Shown: one piece after another, positions 36,819-47,586 of the stretch
How positions within the stretch are numbered: position 1 is the stretch's first letter
Layout: every line of letters begins with the position of its first letter
Source of the DNA: Bacteroidia bacterium
GTDB lineage: Bacteria; Bacteroidota; Bacteroidia; AKYH767-A; 2013-40CM-41-45
Assembly: GCA_035341855.1 (NCBI GenBank)
Contig: DAOQWA010000010.1
Coordinates: 15,678-79,677, forward strand
DNA length: 64,000 nt
Direction: 5' to 3'
Made by a program: the position numbers and the translations under genes
Notes under the pieces: model-generated
Told to the model about the DNA's origin: nothing
Databases searched by the model: none
Seen by the model: the letters and a program-made list of their open reading frames with translations, nothing else

Positions 36819-37976
36819 TTACTTGTTTTTAACAAGGTTGAACAAACGTCCCCAGCGAATCTTTTTCAGGAATGAACCATTCGTATCCCAACTCATCCAG
36901 ATAAATACAGCTTTCCCAACTACATGATCTTCGGGAACAAATCCCCAGAACCGCGAGTCAGCAGAATTGTGGCGATTGTCACCCATCATAAAATAGTAAT
37001 TCATTTTAAAAGTGTAGCTGTCTGTCTCTTTACCGTTAACAAGAATTTTCCCCTCTCTTTCTTCTAAATTATTGTGTTCATATTCACCAATGATCTTTCG
37101 GTACATGGCAATGTTCTCACTGTTGATCTTTATCGTTTCGCCTTTTTTAGGTATCCATATTGGTCCGAAATTATCGACGTTCCAATTGTACTTCTGACTA
37201 AATGGAAAAATAAAGTCCTGATAGGCGCCTGGAGGAATGCTAATTTCTTCTACAGACTTTACATTTCCAAAAGATTTCAAATCATTCGCAGCTTCTTTGG
37301 TTAAATTAAAATTGAATTCAATTGGAGAGATCATTTGTCCATCAGTAAGACCAATGCGTTGAATAGCTTGTTCACTGAAACCTGTTCCATCTGTAACGAC
37401 ATGGTATGAGCTCTGAGAATTTACAGGAGAAGGTAATTGTTTGCCATCAATGTACACTTCATGCTGTCTTACTTCCAGAGTATCACCTGCAACGCCGACA
37501 CAACGCTTGATGTAATTTTCTTTCTTGTCAACAGGTCTGCCTTCATTTTCAGCAGGCCAGTTGAATACCACACAATCTCCTTTTTTTACATCACCAAAAC
37601 CGGGTAGCCTGTGATAACCAATCTTTATCCATTCAAGATACGATTTCCCGCCGACTACAGGGAGGGTATGATGAGCAAAAGGAAATGAAAGGGGAGTATT
37701 TGGTATTCGAGCTCCGTATGATATTTTAGATACGAATAAAAAATCTCCTACCAGCAAGGATTTTTCCATGGATGGAGTTGGGATTGTGTATGCCTCAATA
37801 AAAAATGTTCTGATGATTGTTGCGGCTATAACTGCAAAGATGATTGCATCGATCCATTCCCGTGTTGCAGATTTTCTTTGGCCCGGTTTTGTTTTGAGAA
37901 GGAACCAGACACCCAATGTGAATATTCCAAAGATGATGTCCTTAATAAAATCCCAGTTAATTCTGAACTTAGCCAT
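36819..37976 (-). CDS. lepB: Signal peptidase I
   Basis: 385 aa. N-terminal TM, S26 catalytic box PTPSMEKSLLVGDFLFVSK, and a downstream GDNRHNSADSRFWGFVP box. Confidence 0.85.
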   Translation of the reverse strand: MAKFRINWDFIKDIIFGIFTLGVWFLLKTKPGQRKSATREWIDAIIFAVIAATIIRTFFIEAYTIPTPSMEKSLLVGDFLFVSKISYGARIPNTPLSFPFAHHTLPVVGGKSYLEWIKIGYHRLPGFGDVKKGDCVVFNWPAENEGRPVDKKENYIKRCVGVAGDTLEVRQHEVYIDGKQLPSPVNSQSSYHVVTDGTGFSEQAIQRIGLTDGQMISPIEFNFNLTKEAANDLKSFGNVKSVEEISIPPGAYQDFIFPFSQKYNWNVDNFGPIWIPKKGETIKINSENIAMYRKIIGEYEHNNLEEREGKILVNGKETDSYTFKMNYYFMMGDNRHNSADSRFWGFVPEDHVVGKAVFIWMSWDTNGSFLKKIRWGRLFNLVKNK

Positions 37977-38065
37977 ATTAATTCCTTTTCGATTATTTAA
38001 AAACAGATTACGAAGTTACGCGGTTCTTCTGCTTTAATTGGTTAATGATGAGTTAATTTTCCACA

Positions 38066-38812
38066 CTACAAACTTAATAAATCCTCCATTCCATAAAATC
38101 CCTTTTTACCGACAAGCCATAGTGCGACAGTCAATGCTCCTTTTGCGAAACCTGTTCTATTATGCGCCTTGTGGATGATCTCAATTTCGTCTTCTGCAGA
38201 CAAATATTTGACGCAATGTGTTCCCGGAACATCGGCTTCTCTTACTGAATAAATGGGAAGATCTGCCGGGTTTTGCTTTCTATGGTTGTCCTCACGATCA
38301 GCAGCATCAAAAGCAGTCCATGATTTTAGTCTATCGATACGACTTAGCATTTGCTCAGCTATGGTTATTGCGGTACCACTGGGAGCATCCAATTTCATCA
38401 GGTGATGATTCTCCTCCAGAAGAATCCGGTCATAGCTTGAATGCTTATTCATAATTTCTGCAAGAAGTTTATTGACCTCAAAAAAAATATTAACTCCAAT
38501 ACTATAGTTTGATGCATAGAAGAAACTTTTGTTTTTGTCCAGACAAATTTTCTTTACCAGCGGCATCTTCTCTAGCCAGCCGGTAGTACCGCAAACTACA
38601 GGGATATCTAAATCAAAACATGTAAGGATATTTTGGTATGCACTTTCAGGCTGTGTAAATTCTATTGCAACGTCTGATCGTTGTAATTCATCCTTTTGTT
38701 TATATAAATCACTTGTGGCATCAATTTTTACACTTATGGTATGCCCTGTAGCAATTGCTATTTGTTCAATTGCTTTGCCCATTTTTCCATAACCAATCAA
38801 TGCAATATTCAT
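38066..38812 (-). CDS. dapB: 4-hydroxy-tetrahydrodipicolinate reductase
   Basis: 248 aa. MNIALIGYGKMGKAI Rossmann N-terminus and a DapB-like C-terminal half. Confidence 0.85.
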   Translation of the reverse strand: MNIALIGYGKMGKAIEQIAIATGHTISVKIDATSDLYKQKDELQRSDVAIEFTQPESAYQNILTCFDLDIPVVCGTTGWLEKMPLVKKICLDKNKSFFYASNYSIGVNIFFEVNKLLAEIMNKHSSYDRILLEENHHLMKLDAPSGTAITIAEQMLSRIDRLKSWTAFDAADREDNHRKQNPADLPIYSVREADVPGTHCVKYLSAEDEIEIIHKAHNRTGFAKGALTVALWLVGKKGFYGMEDLLSL

Positions 38813-38817
38813 CCTTT

Positions 38818-39384
38818 TTATTTTAAGGTAAATGTGAATCTGAGTCCGGCAACAGGCTCACCATGTTGCAGAGTGCCCATGAACGGATCTGTTCTCAGGC
38901 TAAGGTCTTCACTAATGTCGAAATTTCGCAGTTGAGCGTCAACATAAGCATCAATAATATTTAAAGAGTACAACACTGCTGTGAGTATATAACTCAGGTC
39001 ACGATTTCTTCTATAGTAATCTTTTCTGACTTTAATATCATCAGTCGTAAAATTCGGGAACTGGTCAATGGTCAGCGAATCATTATCGTTTCTATAGAGA
39101 AATGCTGTCTTATAAAGTTTGTAATTTTTATCATTGGAGTCAATAAAATAAACCAGAGCTCCAAAACCTGCATAAATAATTGGGATCTTCCAATATTTAT
39201 GATTAGATGCTTGTCCCAACCCGGGGAGTATTGCCGATTGGAGTGCAATCTTATTGGCTCTTTTTCTGGATAAATTTGCCAGGGAGTCTTCCGGCTCTCC
39301 GGCCTTGGCCTGGAAAGATAAAAGGGGCAGAATGAGAAGCAATAAAATGGGGAATGTCAGGACCTTGAAATAATTTCCCTGCAT
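38818..39384 (-). CDS. DUF5683-domain protein (Bacteroidota-specific, conserved between parB and dapB)
   Basis: 188 aa. Signal peptide, then SAILPGLGQASNHKYWKIPIIYAGFGALVYF, which matches the DUF5683 core. Confidence 0.6.
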   Translation of the reverse strand: MQGNYFKVLTFPILLLLILPLLSFQAKAGEPEDSLANLSRKRANKIALQSAILPGLGQASNHKYWKIPIIYAGFGALVYFIDSNDKNYKLYKTAFLYRNDNDSLTIDQFPNFTTDDIKVRKDYYRRNRDLSYILTAVLYSLNIIDAYVDAQLRNFDISEDLSLRTDPFMGTLQHGEPVAGLRFTFTLK

Positions 39385-39432
39385 GTTATAACAATAATAT
39401 GGGATAATTCAGTCATGAAATTACCTTTTGAA

Positions 39433-40329
39433 TTAATAGTTCAACTGATCCAGGATGCGATTAAGGTCGCTATCATTTTCGAATGGGATCACGATTTTTC
39501 CACTACCATTTTTATTTCTCAGGAGCTTAACTTTAGCTTCAAAATGGCTGCATAAAATATTTTGGATTTTTGAAAATTCGAAATTCAGCTCTTCTTTTCC
39601 GCCCTTGTTCTTTTTTGATTTCGACTGCTTGACATACTGACGTGCCCGGTTTTCTACGTCACGTACATTCAAATTTTGTTCAGTAATTTCTCTGAACATT
39701 TGGATCTGAGCAGCGGGGTCATCAACACCCAGTATAGCTCTTGCATGTCCCATGCTGATCTTTTCATCGCGAATAGCAGCCTGTATCACAGGGGGCAATT
39801 TTAACAAACGGATGAAGTTAGCAACAGAGCTACGGCTTTTCCCGATCCTTTCACTCATTTCTTCCTGAGTAAGCGAGCATTCATCGATTAAACGTTTATA
39901 GCTTATCGCAACTTCGATGGCATTCAAATCTCTTCTTTGAATATTTTCAACCAGAGCCATTTCAACCATTCCCTGATCATTTGCAATACGGATATATGCA
40001 GGTATTGATTTGAGACCGGCCATTTGTGATGCCCTGAATCTTCTTTCTCCTGAAATGATCTGATACTTATCGTATCCTAATTTACGAACTGTTATAGGTT
40101 GAATTATACCTTGCTGTTGTATTGAAATCGAAAGCTCGGCAAGAGCTTCTGCCTCAAATTCTGAACGTGGTTGAAAGGGATTGGCTTCAATCTGATCAAG
40201 GGAAATCATTGCAACAGATCCAACAATCGGGTCACGCGTTTCGGAACCTGACTGATGCGTAACATCCGTTTCCGCATTCTCTAACAATGCACTAAGGCCT
40301 CTGCCTAGTACGCTTTTTTTATTGCTCAT
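39433..40329 (-). CDS. parB: Chromosome partitioning protein ParB
   Basis: 298 aa. ParB box GIIQPITVRK..YQIISGERRFRA, an HTH, and a C-terminal dimerisation region. Confidence 0.9.
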   Translation of the reverse strand: MSNKKSVLGRGLSALLENAETDVTHQSGSETRDPIVGSVAMISLDQIEANPFQPRSEFEAEALAELSISIQQQGIIQPITVRKLGYDKYQIISGERRFRASQMAGLKSIPAYIRIANDQGMVEMALVENIQRRDLNAIEVAISYKRLIDECSLTQEEMSERIGKSRSSVANFIRLLKLPPVIQAAIRDEKISMGHARAILGVDDPAAQIQMFREITEQNLNVRDVENRARQYVKQSKSKKNKGGKEELNFEFSKIQNILCSHFEAKVKLLRNKNGSGKIVIPFENDSDLNRILDQLNY

Positions 40330-41146
40330 CAGTTACAGCTATTTTTTTATCTGCTTCTTTAATTTTAGTCAGATTGTTTTTTTGTAAAATTTCACGAGCA
40401 AGATTCAGGTAATTAATTGACCCTTTGCTGCTGGCATCATGCATAATAATTGTTTGTCCAAAACTTGGAGCCTCACCCAGCTTAGTGTTTCTCTGGATGA
40501 TCGTATCAAATACCATTTGCTGGAAATGTGTTTTTACCTCTTCTACAACCTGATTGGAAAGACGTAACCTTGAGTCATACATTGTGAGAAGAATTCCTTC
40601 TATAGCCAATTCAGGATTCAAACGGCTTTGAACAATTTTAATTGTATTCAAAAGTTTACCAAGTCCTTCCAGTGCAAAATATTCACATTGGACAGGAATG
40701 ATGACTGAATCAGCTGCAGTAAGTGCGTTGATCGTAACCAGACCTAAAGATGGAGAACAGTCGATGACGATGAAGTCGTAATCATTTTTAATTTTCTCAA
40801 GAACTTCCTTCATTTTCCGTTCACGATTCGGAAGATGTATCATTTCGATTTCAGCACCTACAAGGTCGATATGGGAGGGAAGCAGAAATAAATTTGGAGT
40901 CTCAGTCTGCAATACTATATCCTTAGGATCAGCATCATTGATAATACATTCATAGATACTTGTTTTGATATTTCTTGGATCATAACCAACGCCGGACGTT
41001 GCGTTGGCTTGAGGATCACTATCTATGAGTAGTGTTTTATATTCCAGCACAGCCAGACTGGCTGCAAGGTTCATTGCCGTTGTGGTTTTTCCAACGCCTC
41101 CTTTTTGGTTTGCAATGGCGATAATTTTTCCCATTTCTTCTTTCAT
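40319..41146 (-). CDS. parA: Chromosome partitioning ATPase ParA (Soj)
   Basis: Deviant Walker A KGGVGKTTTAMNLAASLA. The 3' end overlaps the parB start by 11 nt. Confidence 0.9.
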   Translation of the reverse strand: MKEEMGKIIAIANQKGGVGKTTTAMNLAASLAVLEYKTLLIDSDPQANATSGVGYDPRNIKTSIYECIINDADPKDIVLQTETPNLFLLPSHIDLVGAEIEMIHLPNRERKMKEVLEKIKNDYDFIVIDCSPSLGLVTINALTAADSVIIPVQCEYFALEGLGKLLNTIKIVQSRLNPELAIEGILLTMYDSRLRLSNQVVEEVKTHFQQMVFDTIIQRNTKLGEAPSFGQTIIMHDASSKGSINYLNLAREILQKNNLTKIKEADKKIAVTDEQ

Positions 41147-41202
41147 TTATAGGCTAAGAATTTTTTTTCGTAGCACCGGGTTGAGAAACGTATTAACGTT
41201 CC

Positions 41203-41901
41203 TTATATTTCAATCGTCTCACCGATTTTCATTAATTGTAGTTCTTTTCCTGCATGATCAAATTTTCGGATGGCATCTTCATGATCGATAACAATTACAT
41301 CGAAGGTATCATAGTGCATACCGATAATACGGTCGCAACGGATAAATTCAGAAGCAATCACGGCATTGTCAACCCCCATGGTGAAATTATTTCCCAGAGG
41401 TAAAAATGCAAAATCCATTCTTTTGTAATCTCCGATAAGCTTCATATCCAAATGCAGTGCCGTATCTCCTGCATAATAAAACTTCCCTTCCGGAGCTTCT
41501 ACCAAGAATCCCATAGGATTTCCTCCATAAGTTCCATCAGGGAGGCTGCTTGAGTGAACTGCATTCACACATTTGACTTTTCCGAAATCAAAGATCCAGT
41601 GCCCACCGATATTCATTGGATGGGTCTTATTGATCCCTTTACTTTGTACCCAATTATGAATTTCCCAGTTGCTGATTACACAAGCACCGGTCTGTCGTGC
41701 TAATTCAATAAGGTCAGCCGTATGATCTTCATGGCCATGAGATACAAGAATGTAATCAGCCTTGATGGCTCCAAAGTCTATTTGGGCCGCCTTCGAATTA
41801 GGGCGGATGAATGGATCAAAAAGAAGTTTTTTGCCATTTACTTCAATTAGAAAGCAGGAATGGCCAAAATAGGTTATTAGCATAGGGTGAACTAGCTGCA
41901 A
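41203..41901 (-). CDS. Metal-dependent hydrolase, MBL fold (UPF0173 family)
   Basis: 232 aa. LITYFGHSCFLIE...HGHEDH motifs. Confidence 0.8.
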   Translation of the reverse strand: MQLVHPMLITYFGHSCFLIEVNGKKLLFDPFIRPNSKAAQIDFGAIKADYILVSHGHEDHTADLIELARQTGACVISNWEIHNWVQSKGINKTHPMNIGGHWIFDFGKVKCVNAVHSSSLPDGTYGGNPMGFLVEAPEGKFYYAGDTALHLDMKLIGDYKRMDFAFLPLGNNFTMGVDNAVIASEFIRCDRIIGMHYDTFDVIVIDHEDAIRKFDHAGKELQLMKIGETIEI

Positions 41902-42065
41902 AAATAAGCGTTTTAAGCCAGCTAGTCTCTAAAGTTACCAACATCAGCAGAATGCATGTTGAAAAGAGTGATGTTTTTGTAACAAGTTTATGAACAAAAA
42001 TAGTCCATAGCCTGAGCCTCAGAAGTTAAGCTCCTCTCATTCTTTGTTCTCATCCATTTGTATAG

Positions 42066-42101
42066 AAAAAAAGATCCCACATTACCCATGGGATCTTTTT
42101 T
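42066..42101 (-). terminator. Bidirectional Rho-independent terminator downstream of the DUF3276 gene
   Basis: A7-GATCCCA-cattaccca-TGGGATC-T6. Confidence 0.75.
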
Positions 42102-42152
42102 AAGAAAATTTCATACAATAAGGACCTAACTGAAATGGATCATCTGTTATAA

Positions 42153-42521
42153 CTAGCCCAGATCATCAAAATTCACATCACTATACGGTGAACTTGGCTC
42201 TGATGGACTAGCCTCGGCATCCTTTTTTGAGGCTCTGTGCTCAAAAGAAGTGCCATTTGGATCCTCAGGTTTCAATGTGCCAACGTGTTCAATAGCCTCC
42301 AGTAAGCCATCGCTGAATTTCTGGAAGTCTTCACGGTATAAAAATATTTTATGCTTCTCAAAAAACGGTGTGCCATTATCACCAATTCTTTTTTTGCTTT
42401 CAGTAATGGTCAGGTAGAAATCGTTCGCCTTCGTGCTCTTCACATCGAAGAAGTATGTACGCTTCCCTGCTCTAACTGCTTTCGAAAATACTTCCTCTCT
42501 TTGTTGGTTGTTCTCTGACAT
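42153..42521 (-). CDS. DUF3276 (PUR-alpha-like nucleic-acid-binding) protein
   Basis: 122 aa. EVFSKAVRAGKRTYFFDVKSTKANDFYLTITESKKR...FEKHKIFLYREDF matches the DUF3276 family. It has an acidic Ser/Pro-rich tail. Confidence 0.6.
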   Translation of the reverse strand: MSENNQQREEVFSKAVRAGKRTYFFDVKSTKANDFYLTITESKKRIGDNGTPFFEKHKIFLYREDFQKFSDGLLEAIEHVGTLKPEDPNGTSFEHRASKKDAEASPSEPSSPYSDVNFDDLG

Positions 42522-42708
42522 AAACTAGTATGATTTATGAATTGGGTTATGGAACAAAAATATAAAAATATTTAGAAGTACAAATTCTCCAAGCTCTTTT
42601 TGACTAGCTGATTATCAGCGTTTAAGGAGCAGTTTCCTGTAGTGAAATTTTCCAAAGTCCCTCTGAAAGTCTTGATTGAGAGGGCTTCTATCATTTCAGA
42701 CCAAGGTT

Positions 42709-45672
42709 CTATTCAGTGAGAGAGACTTTTTCTTTTAAAAAGGAACCTGTATATGAAGCTTCACAGTTTGCCAGATCATCAGGTGTTCCTTCAAACACGA
42801 TTTGCCCACCTCTACGGCCACCTTCAGGACCAATATCAATGACCCAATCGGCACACTTGATGACATCCGGGTTATGTTCTATGACGAGAATGCTATTCCC
42901 TTGCTCAATCAGCATATTGAATGCATGGAGGAGTTTTCGGATATCCTGAAAATGTAAACCTGTTGTTGGTTCGTCAAAGATGAAATAAGTGTGAGTGCCT
43001 TGCGAGCCTTTTCCGAGAAAGGAAGCAAGTTTTACGCGTTGAGCTTCGCCTCCTGACAAAGTACTTGATGACTGTCCTAATTTTACATATCCTAGTCCTA
43101 CATCGGCGAGTGGTTGAAGCTTAGCTGCAATTTTACCTGCATGACCTGCAGTTTTGCCCGTGCCTCCAAAGAAATCGATGGCTTCGTCGACAGTGAGATC
43201 AAGGATATCTGCGATATTTTTTCCTTTATATTCTACGTCCAGTATTTCTGCTCTAAATCTTTTGCCATTACAATTTTCGCAGGTGAGATGAATATCTGCC
43301 ATGAACTGCATTTCTATTCTAACTTCGCCTTCTCCTTCACAAACATCACAACGACCACCTTCAACGTTGAAAGAGAAGTGTGATGGTTTATACCTTCTTC
43401 CCCGAGAAAGAGGTAATTCAGAATACAGTGCCCTCACCTCGTCATACGCTTTAACATAGGTAACAGGATTCGAACGGGACGATTTGCCTATTGGATTCTG
43501 ATCCACAAATTCAACTGCAGTGATCTTATTATAGTCACCACTGATCTTATCGAAGGTACCGCTTTGTTCACCATAGCCTCCATGGATCTTCTTTAATGCC
43601 GGATAAAGAACTTTTTTTACCAGCGAAGTTTTGCCGCTACCACTAACTCCTGTCACTACATTTAATATTCCCAAAGGAAATCGAACATTCAAATTCTTTA
43701 AGTTGTTTTCACGCGCTCCTTCGATACTGATAGAACTTTTCCATTTTCTACGGCGCTCAGGTAATTCTATTCTTTCCCGGCCACTAAGAAATTTCCCGGT
43801 CATGCTGTTGGTGTCTGAGATGATCCCGGAATAATCACCCTGAAATACCAATTGACCACCATTTCTTCCTGCGCCCGGTCCGATGTCAATCAACTGGTCA
43901 GCAGTTTTCATTATTTCTTCGTCATGCTCCACAACAATAAGTGTGTTGCCGCTATCCCTCAAAGATTTTAAAACTCCTATGAGTCTGTGCGTATCTCTGG
44001 GATGTAAGCCAATACTTGGTTCATCCAGAATATACATAGAGCCGACCAGGCTACTACCTAAAGATGTTGCAAGGTTAATTCGTTGTGACTCGCCACCTGA
44101 AAGTGTATTCGATAAGCGATTCAATGTTAAGTAACCTAATCCGACATTAAATAAAAAATCAAGTCTGTTTTTAATTTCTACCAAAATTCTCTTTGTTACC
44201 TGTTGCTCGTAGTCGTTTAGGTTTAGATTTTGGAAAAATGCCTGATTCTCCTCAACAGATTGCAGTACAATTTCTGTGATCGACCTGCCTCCAACTTTCA
44301 CATGTGATGCATCACTGCGCAGCCTGGTACCCAAGCACTCCGGGCATGTTGTCCTTCCTCTGTATCTTGACAACATGACACGATACTGTATCTTGTATGC
44401 TTGCGCTTCGATCCATTTGAAAAAATCATTTAAGCCTTCGAAGTATTCATTTCCGGTCCATAAAAGTTTCCGATGTTCCTGACTAAGTTCATAAACCGGG
44501 CGGTGGATAGGGAAGTCAAATTTGTATGATGCTTTTACAAGTTTTTCATTCCATTCTTTCATTTTTTCTCCACGCCAGCAAACAATGGCTCCATCGAAAA
44601 TTGAAAGACTTTTATCCGGAATTACCAGGTCTTCATCAATACCTATGATGGATCCAAATCCTTCACATTTTTTACAGGCTCCATAAGGATTATTAAAACT
44701 AAATAGTTGTGTACTTGGTTCTTCAAAGCTGATTCCATCTAATTCAAAGTTATTTGAAAAGATGAGCGTCTCTGATTTTTTTTTATCCTGCAAAATTTCG
44801 GCAGCACAATGACCGTGTCCCTCAAAGAAAGCCGTCTGTATAGAATCAGCTATCCTGGAATTATTTGCATCATCGTTTTCAGTAATGCTAAATCGATCAA
44901 TTATAATCCGAATGATATCCTGAGAAGGAACAACACTTTGTTCTATGCTTTCAAGTTCCGCAATCTTTTTTTTCTTTGGCTCTTTTTTCACACCGGCACC
45001 AAGTCCTAAAGTTTTACTTAGCTGTTTTAAAAACTTTGCATTGTCCGGTCCAAGCAAATCTTCAACTTTATAAATTTCTCCTGACACACTCACTCTCACA
45101 AAGCCTTTTTGCAGAAGCACATTCATTTCTTCCTCAATAGTTCTGCCGGCATGTAGAAATAGTGGAGAGGACAAAATTATTTTAGTTCCTGTCGGATACT
45201 CAATCAAAGACTTATATACATCTTCAACAGTATGCCTTTTTACTTCCAGGCCTGAAACCGGAGAGATCGTTTTCCCGATCCTGGCGAAAAGTAATTTTAG
45301 ATAGTCGTAAATTTCTGTCGAAGTCCCTACTGTAGACCTGGGATTTCTTGTATTTACTTTTTGTTCAATGGCAACAGCAGGGGAGATCCCTTTGATATAA
45401 TCCACATCAGGCTTGTCCATTCTTCCAATGAATTGCCTGGCATAGGAACTGAGACTCTCTACATAGCGTCTTTGACCTTCTGCATAAAGAGTATCAAAGG
45501 CAAGTGATGATTTTCCGGATCCTGATAAGCCTGTTATGACAACAAATTTATTTCTAGGGATAGCAACATCTAAATTTTTGAGGTTATGCACCCTTGCACC
45601 TTTGATGATGATAAATTTCCTGGGATCAAGCTGGCTAAAAGTAGAATTGGAGGCGGACATAGGTCTTGACAA
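42709..45672 (-). CDS. uvrA: Excinuclease ABC subunit A
   Basis: 987 aa. Two ABC ATPase modules with Walker [15 protein letters not shown] and [11 protein letters not shown], and Zn-finger Cys pairs. Confidence 0.95.
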   Translation of the reverse strand: MSRPMSASNSTFSQLDPRKFIIIKGARVHNLKNLDVAIPRNKFVVITGLSGSGKSSLAFDTLYAEGQRRYVESLSSYARQFIGRMDKPDVDYIKGISPAVAIEQKVNTRNPRSTVGTSTEIYDYLKLLFARIGKTISPVSGLEVKRHTVEDVYKSLIEYPTGTKIILSSPLFLHAGRTIEEEMNVLLQKGFVRVSVSGEIYKVEDLLGPDNAKFLKQLSKTLGLGAGVKKEPKKKKIAELESIEQSVVPSQDIIRIIIDRFSITENDDANNSRIADSIQTAFFEGHGHCAAEILQDKKKSETLIFSNNFELDGISFEEPSTQLFSFNNPYGACKKCEGFGSIIGIDEDLVIPDKSLSIFDGAIVCWRGEKMKEWNEKLVKASYKFDFPIHRPVYELSQEHRKLLWTGNEYFEGLNDFFKWIEAQAYKIQYRVMLSRYRGRTTCPECLGTRLRSDASHVKVGGRSITEIVLQSVEENQAFFQNLNLNDYEQQVTKRILVEIKNRLDFLFNVGLGYLTLNRLSNTLSGGESQRINLATSLGSSLVGSMYILDEPSIGLHPRDTHRLIGVLKSLRDSGNTLIVVEHDEEIMKTADQLIDIGPGAGRNGGQLVFQGDYSGIISDTNSMTGKFLSGRERIELPERRRKWKSSISIEGARENNLKNLNVRFPLGILNVVTGVSGSGKTSLVKKVLYPALKKIHGGYGEQSGTFDKISGDYNKITAVEFVDQNPIGKSSRSNPVTYVKAYDEVRALYSELPLSRGRRYKPSHFSFNVEGGRCDVCEGEGEVRIEMQFMADIHLTCENCNGKRFRAEILDVEYKGKNIADILDLTVDEAIDFFGGTGKTAGHAGKIAAKLQPLADVGLGYVKLGQSSSTLSGGEAQRVKLASFLGKGSQGTHTYFIFDEPTTGLHFQDIRKLLHAFNMLIEQGNSILVIEHNPDVIKCADWVIDIGPEGGRRGGQIVFEGTPDDLANCEASYTGSFLKEKVSLTE

Positions 45673-45982
45673 TTTGCAAAGTTAAGAAAATAGGCAGCTT
45701 TTGATGCCAATGGTCATACTATGTTTCTGGCTGCATGCATAATTAATCCCCGATTTTCATGGAATTTTTGCATGTATGTAAGATTTTAACCATTAATGCT
45801 GAAAATAAAATCAGGGTACTATTGTATAATTAGTTACGATGTATTATATTTGATTTAAATACGATCAGGAATTTGTTGCGGGTGCAGCAATATTCAATTT
45901 CAAACAACACATAAAATCAGGAGGCTCCATAGTTAAACTTCTACTTTAATCTTTTACAAACTAAATTAAAGCTGGAAGCAAT

Positions 45983-46570
45983 ATGGTTAAAACTCATCTG
46001 ATGGATGATAAAGACTTAGTAAGTCTATATCAAACCGGCGATCAAGCCGCAATTACCGAACTTATTACACGTTACAAGCAACGAATCTTTTCGGCCATAT
46101 TCTTTTTGGTCAAGAATCGTGAATTGGCTGAAGATCTCTTTCAGGAGACCTTTATCAAGATCATCAACAGTCTCCGAAAGAATCATTACAATGAACAAGG
46201 GAAATTTCTACCCTGGGCACTCCGTATTGCCCATAATCTGGTGATCGATCACTTCAGAAAAGAAAAACTGATGCCATTGCAACGCGATTCAGAAGAATTC
46301 AGCGTTTTTGACGTCTTACCACAAAATGAAAAGAATCCTGAACAGAGAATAATACAGGATGAAAAGGTGGCTTTTGTGAATGCATTATTAGACAAATTAC
46401 CACCGGATCAAAGGGAAGTGGTCATTTTGAGGCATTATGGGGGTTTATCCTTCAAAGAGATCTCTAAGATGTTGGATATTAATATAAATACAGCACTCGG
46501 AAGAATGCATTATGCAATCTTGAAAATGCGCGAAATGGTTAATAAGGATGTGCTGAACGGTACAGAGTGA
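45983..46570 (+). CDS. ECF-type RNA polymerase sigma-70 factor
   Basis: 195 aa. Region 2 (LFQETFIKI...ALRIAHNLVIDHFRK) and region 4 (VVILRHYGGLSFKEISKML). Confidence 0.85.
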   Translation: MVKTHLMDDKDLVSLYQTGDQAAITELITRYKQRIFSAIFFLVKNRELAEDLFQETFIKIINSLRKNHYNEQGKFLPWALRIAHNLVIDHFRKEKLMPLQRDSEEFSVFDVLPQNEKNPEQRIIQDEKVAFVNALLDKLPPDQREVVILRHYGGLSFKEISKMLDININTALGRMHYAILKMREMVNKDVLNGTE

Positions 46571-46640
46571 TTTTTTTTAAAAGCTGACAATATTTATTAT
46601 CAGCCTTTCGTTATGTAGGAGTAATCTAAATCCTACATGC

Positions 46641-46850
46641 ATGCTTAAAAATTCTACTCGAAACAATTTAGTACGTTATGCTTACAATGAAACCGGACTT
46701 ATAGACGGTGATCAGACCCAGAGATTAATTGATGGTGATCCATTGGTTGAAAATGAGTTTAAAGAAATTGTAGATTTCATAAATCTTCTTGATGAGATCA
46801 AATTGGAACCTTCCGCTGAATGTATCAAGCGGATCATGGCTCATTCTTAA
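46641..46850 (+). CDS. Small acidic hypothetical protein co-oriented with the ECF sigma gene (possible soluble anti-sigma/partner)
   Basis: 69 aa ORF 70 nt downstream of the sigma gene. No TM segment. Tentative. Confidence 0.3.
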   Translation: MLKNSTRNNLVRYAYNETGLIDGDQTQRLIDGDPLVENEFKEIVDFINLLDEIKLEPSAECIKRIMAHS

Positions 46851-46896
46851 TTGAACAACGGTATTCGGCATATTCGTTTTATTTTTCGGAGACCAC

Positions 46897-46932
46897 AAAA
46901 AAAACAGCGGCTCGCAGTACCGCTGTTTTTTT
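46897..46932 (+). terminator. Bidirectional Rho-independent terminator after the ECF sigma unit
   Basis: A8-CAGCGG-ctcgcagta-CCGCTG-T7. Confidence 0.8.
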
Positions 46933-47586
46933 GTTCTCTCTAACCAAATTTACTTTTTTATAATACCATAGGCCTTTGTTTTTGAATTATAGTTCAATTT
47001 ATTCCTGACAGAATAAGATCTCAAACTTTTTAGGCACAATCCGAGTGACTCATGGTATAAGGTCTGTTTTACATGGTGAATATCGTAGATGAAAAATTCA
47101 CATTTATAGGTCATTTGATAGCCTGAATTCATGTATTTCAAAGTGATGATTACCTTTGCTATTGTATCTTGCCTAGTATAAGTCAATTAGGTGTTTTCAA
47201 AGAATGACTCCCGATCAAATAACCAAGCATGAAACTTCTTATGAAGGAAAGCGACAAGCATCCTAAATATTTAAAGGAAAAAAGTTTAAGAATGGAGACA
47301 GCTTTGAATCACAAACAAATTATGATGAACAAGGATATATTCAAGCGAGTAAGACAAGCAAAATAGCAGGGTTAGATCAGTTGAGATGAATGCAGATCGT
47401 GACGGACTTTTTTCAAAACGTACTGATTATATCATTGAGCGAAAGATTGAGTATTTTTAAACCTTTTTTTCTGCGGAATTAGGTTGGTATTTTCGGATAT
47501 CTATTTTACTCACTTGTTCTGTTCTATCAATAATTTTGTTTACACAGGCGATCGCTGTCAATTTTTCATTTCTTAAAAAATAAAGA

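Noticed and set aside
41886-41933. Inverted repeat AACTAGCTG-N20-CAGCTAGT just upstream of the MBL-hydrolase gene start
   Set aside because: It has no T-run and a long loop. It could be a regulator site, but with 8/9 matching arms and no second copy I could not support a call.
46950-47186. 78-aa minus-strand ORF in the long spacer
   Set aside because: Low-complexity Tyr/Lys/Asn-rich translation in AT-rich DNA, with no signal of a real protein. It is kept only as part of the spacer finding.
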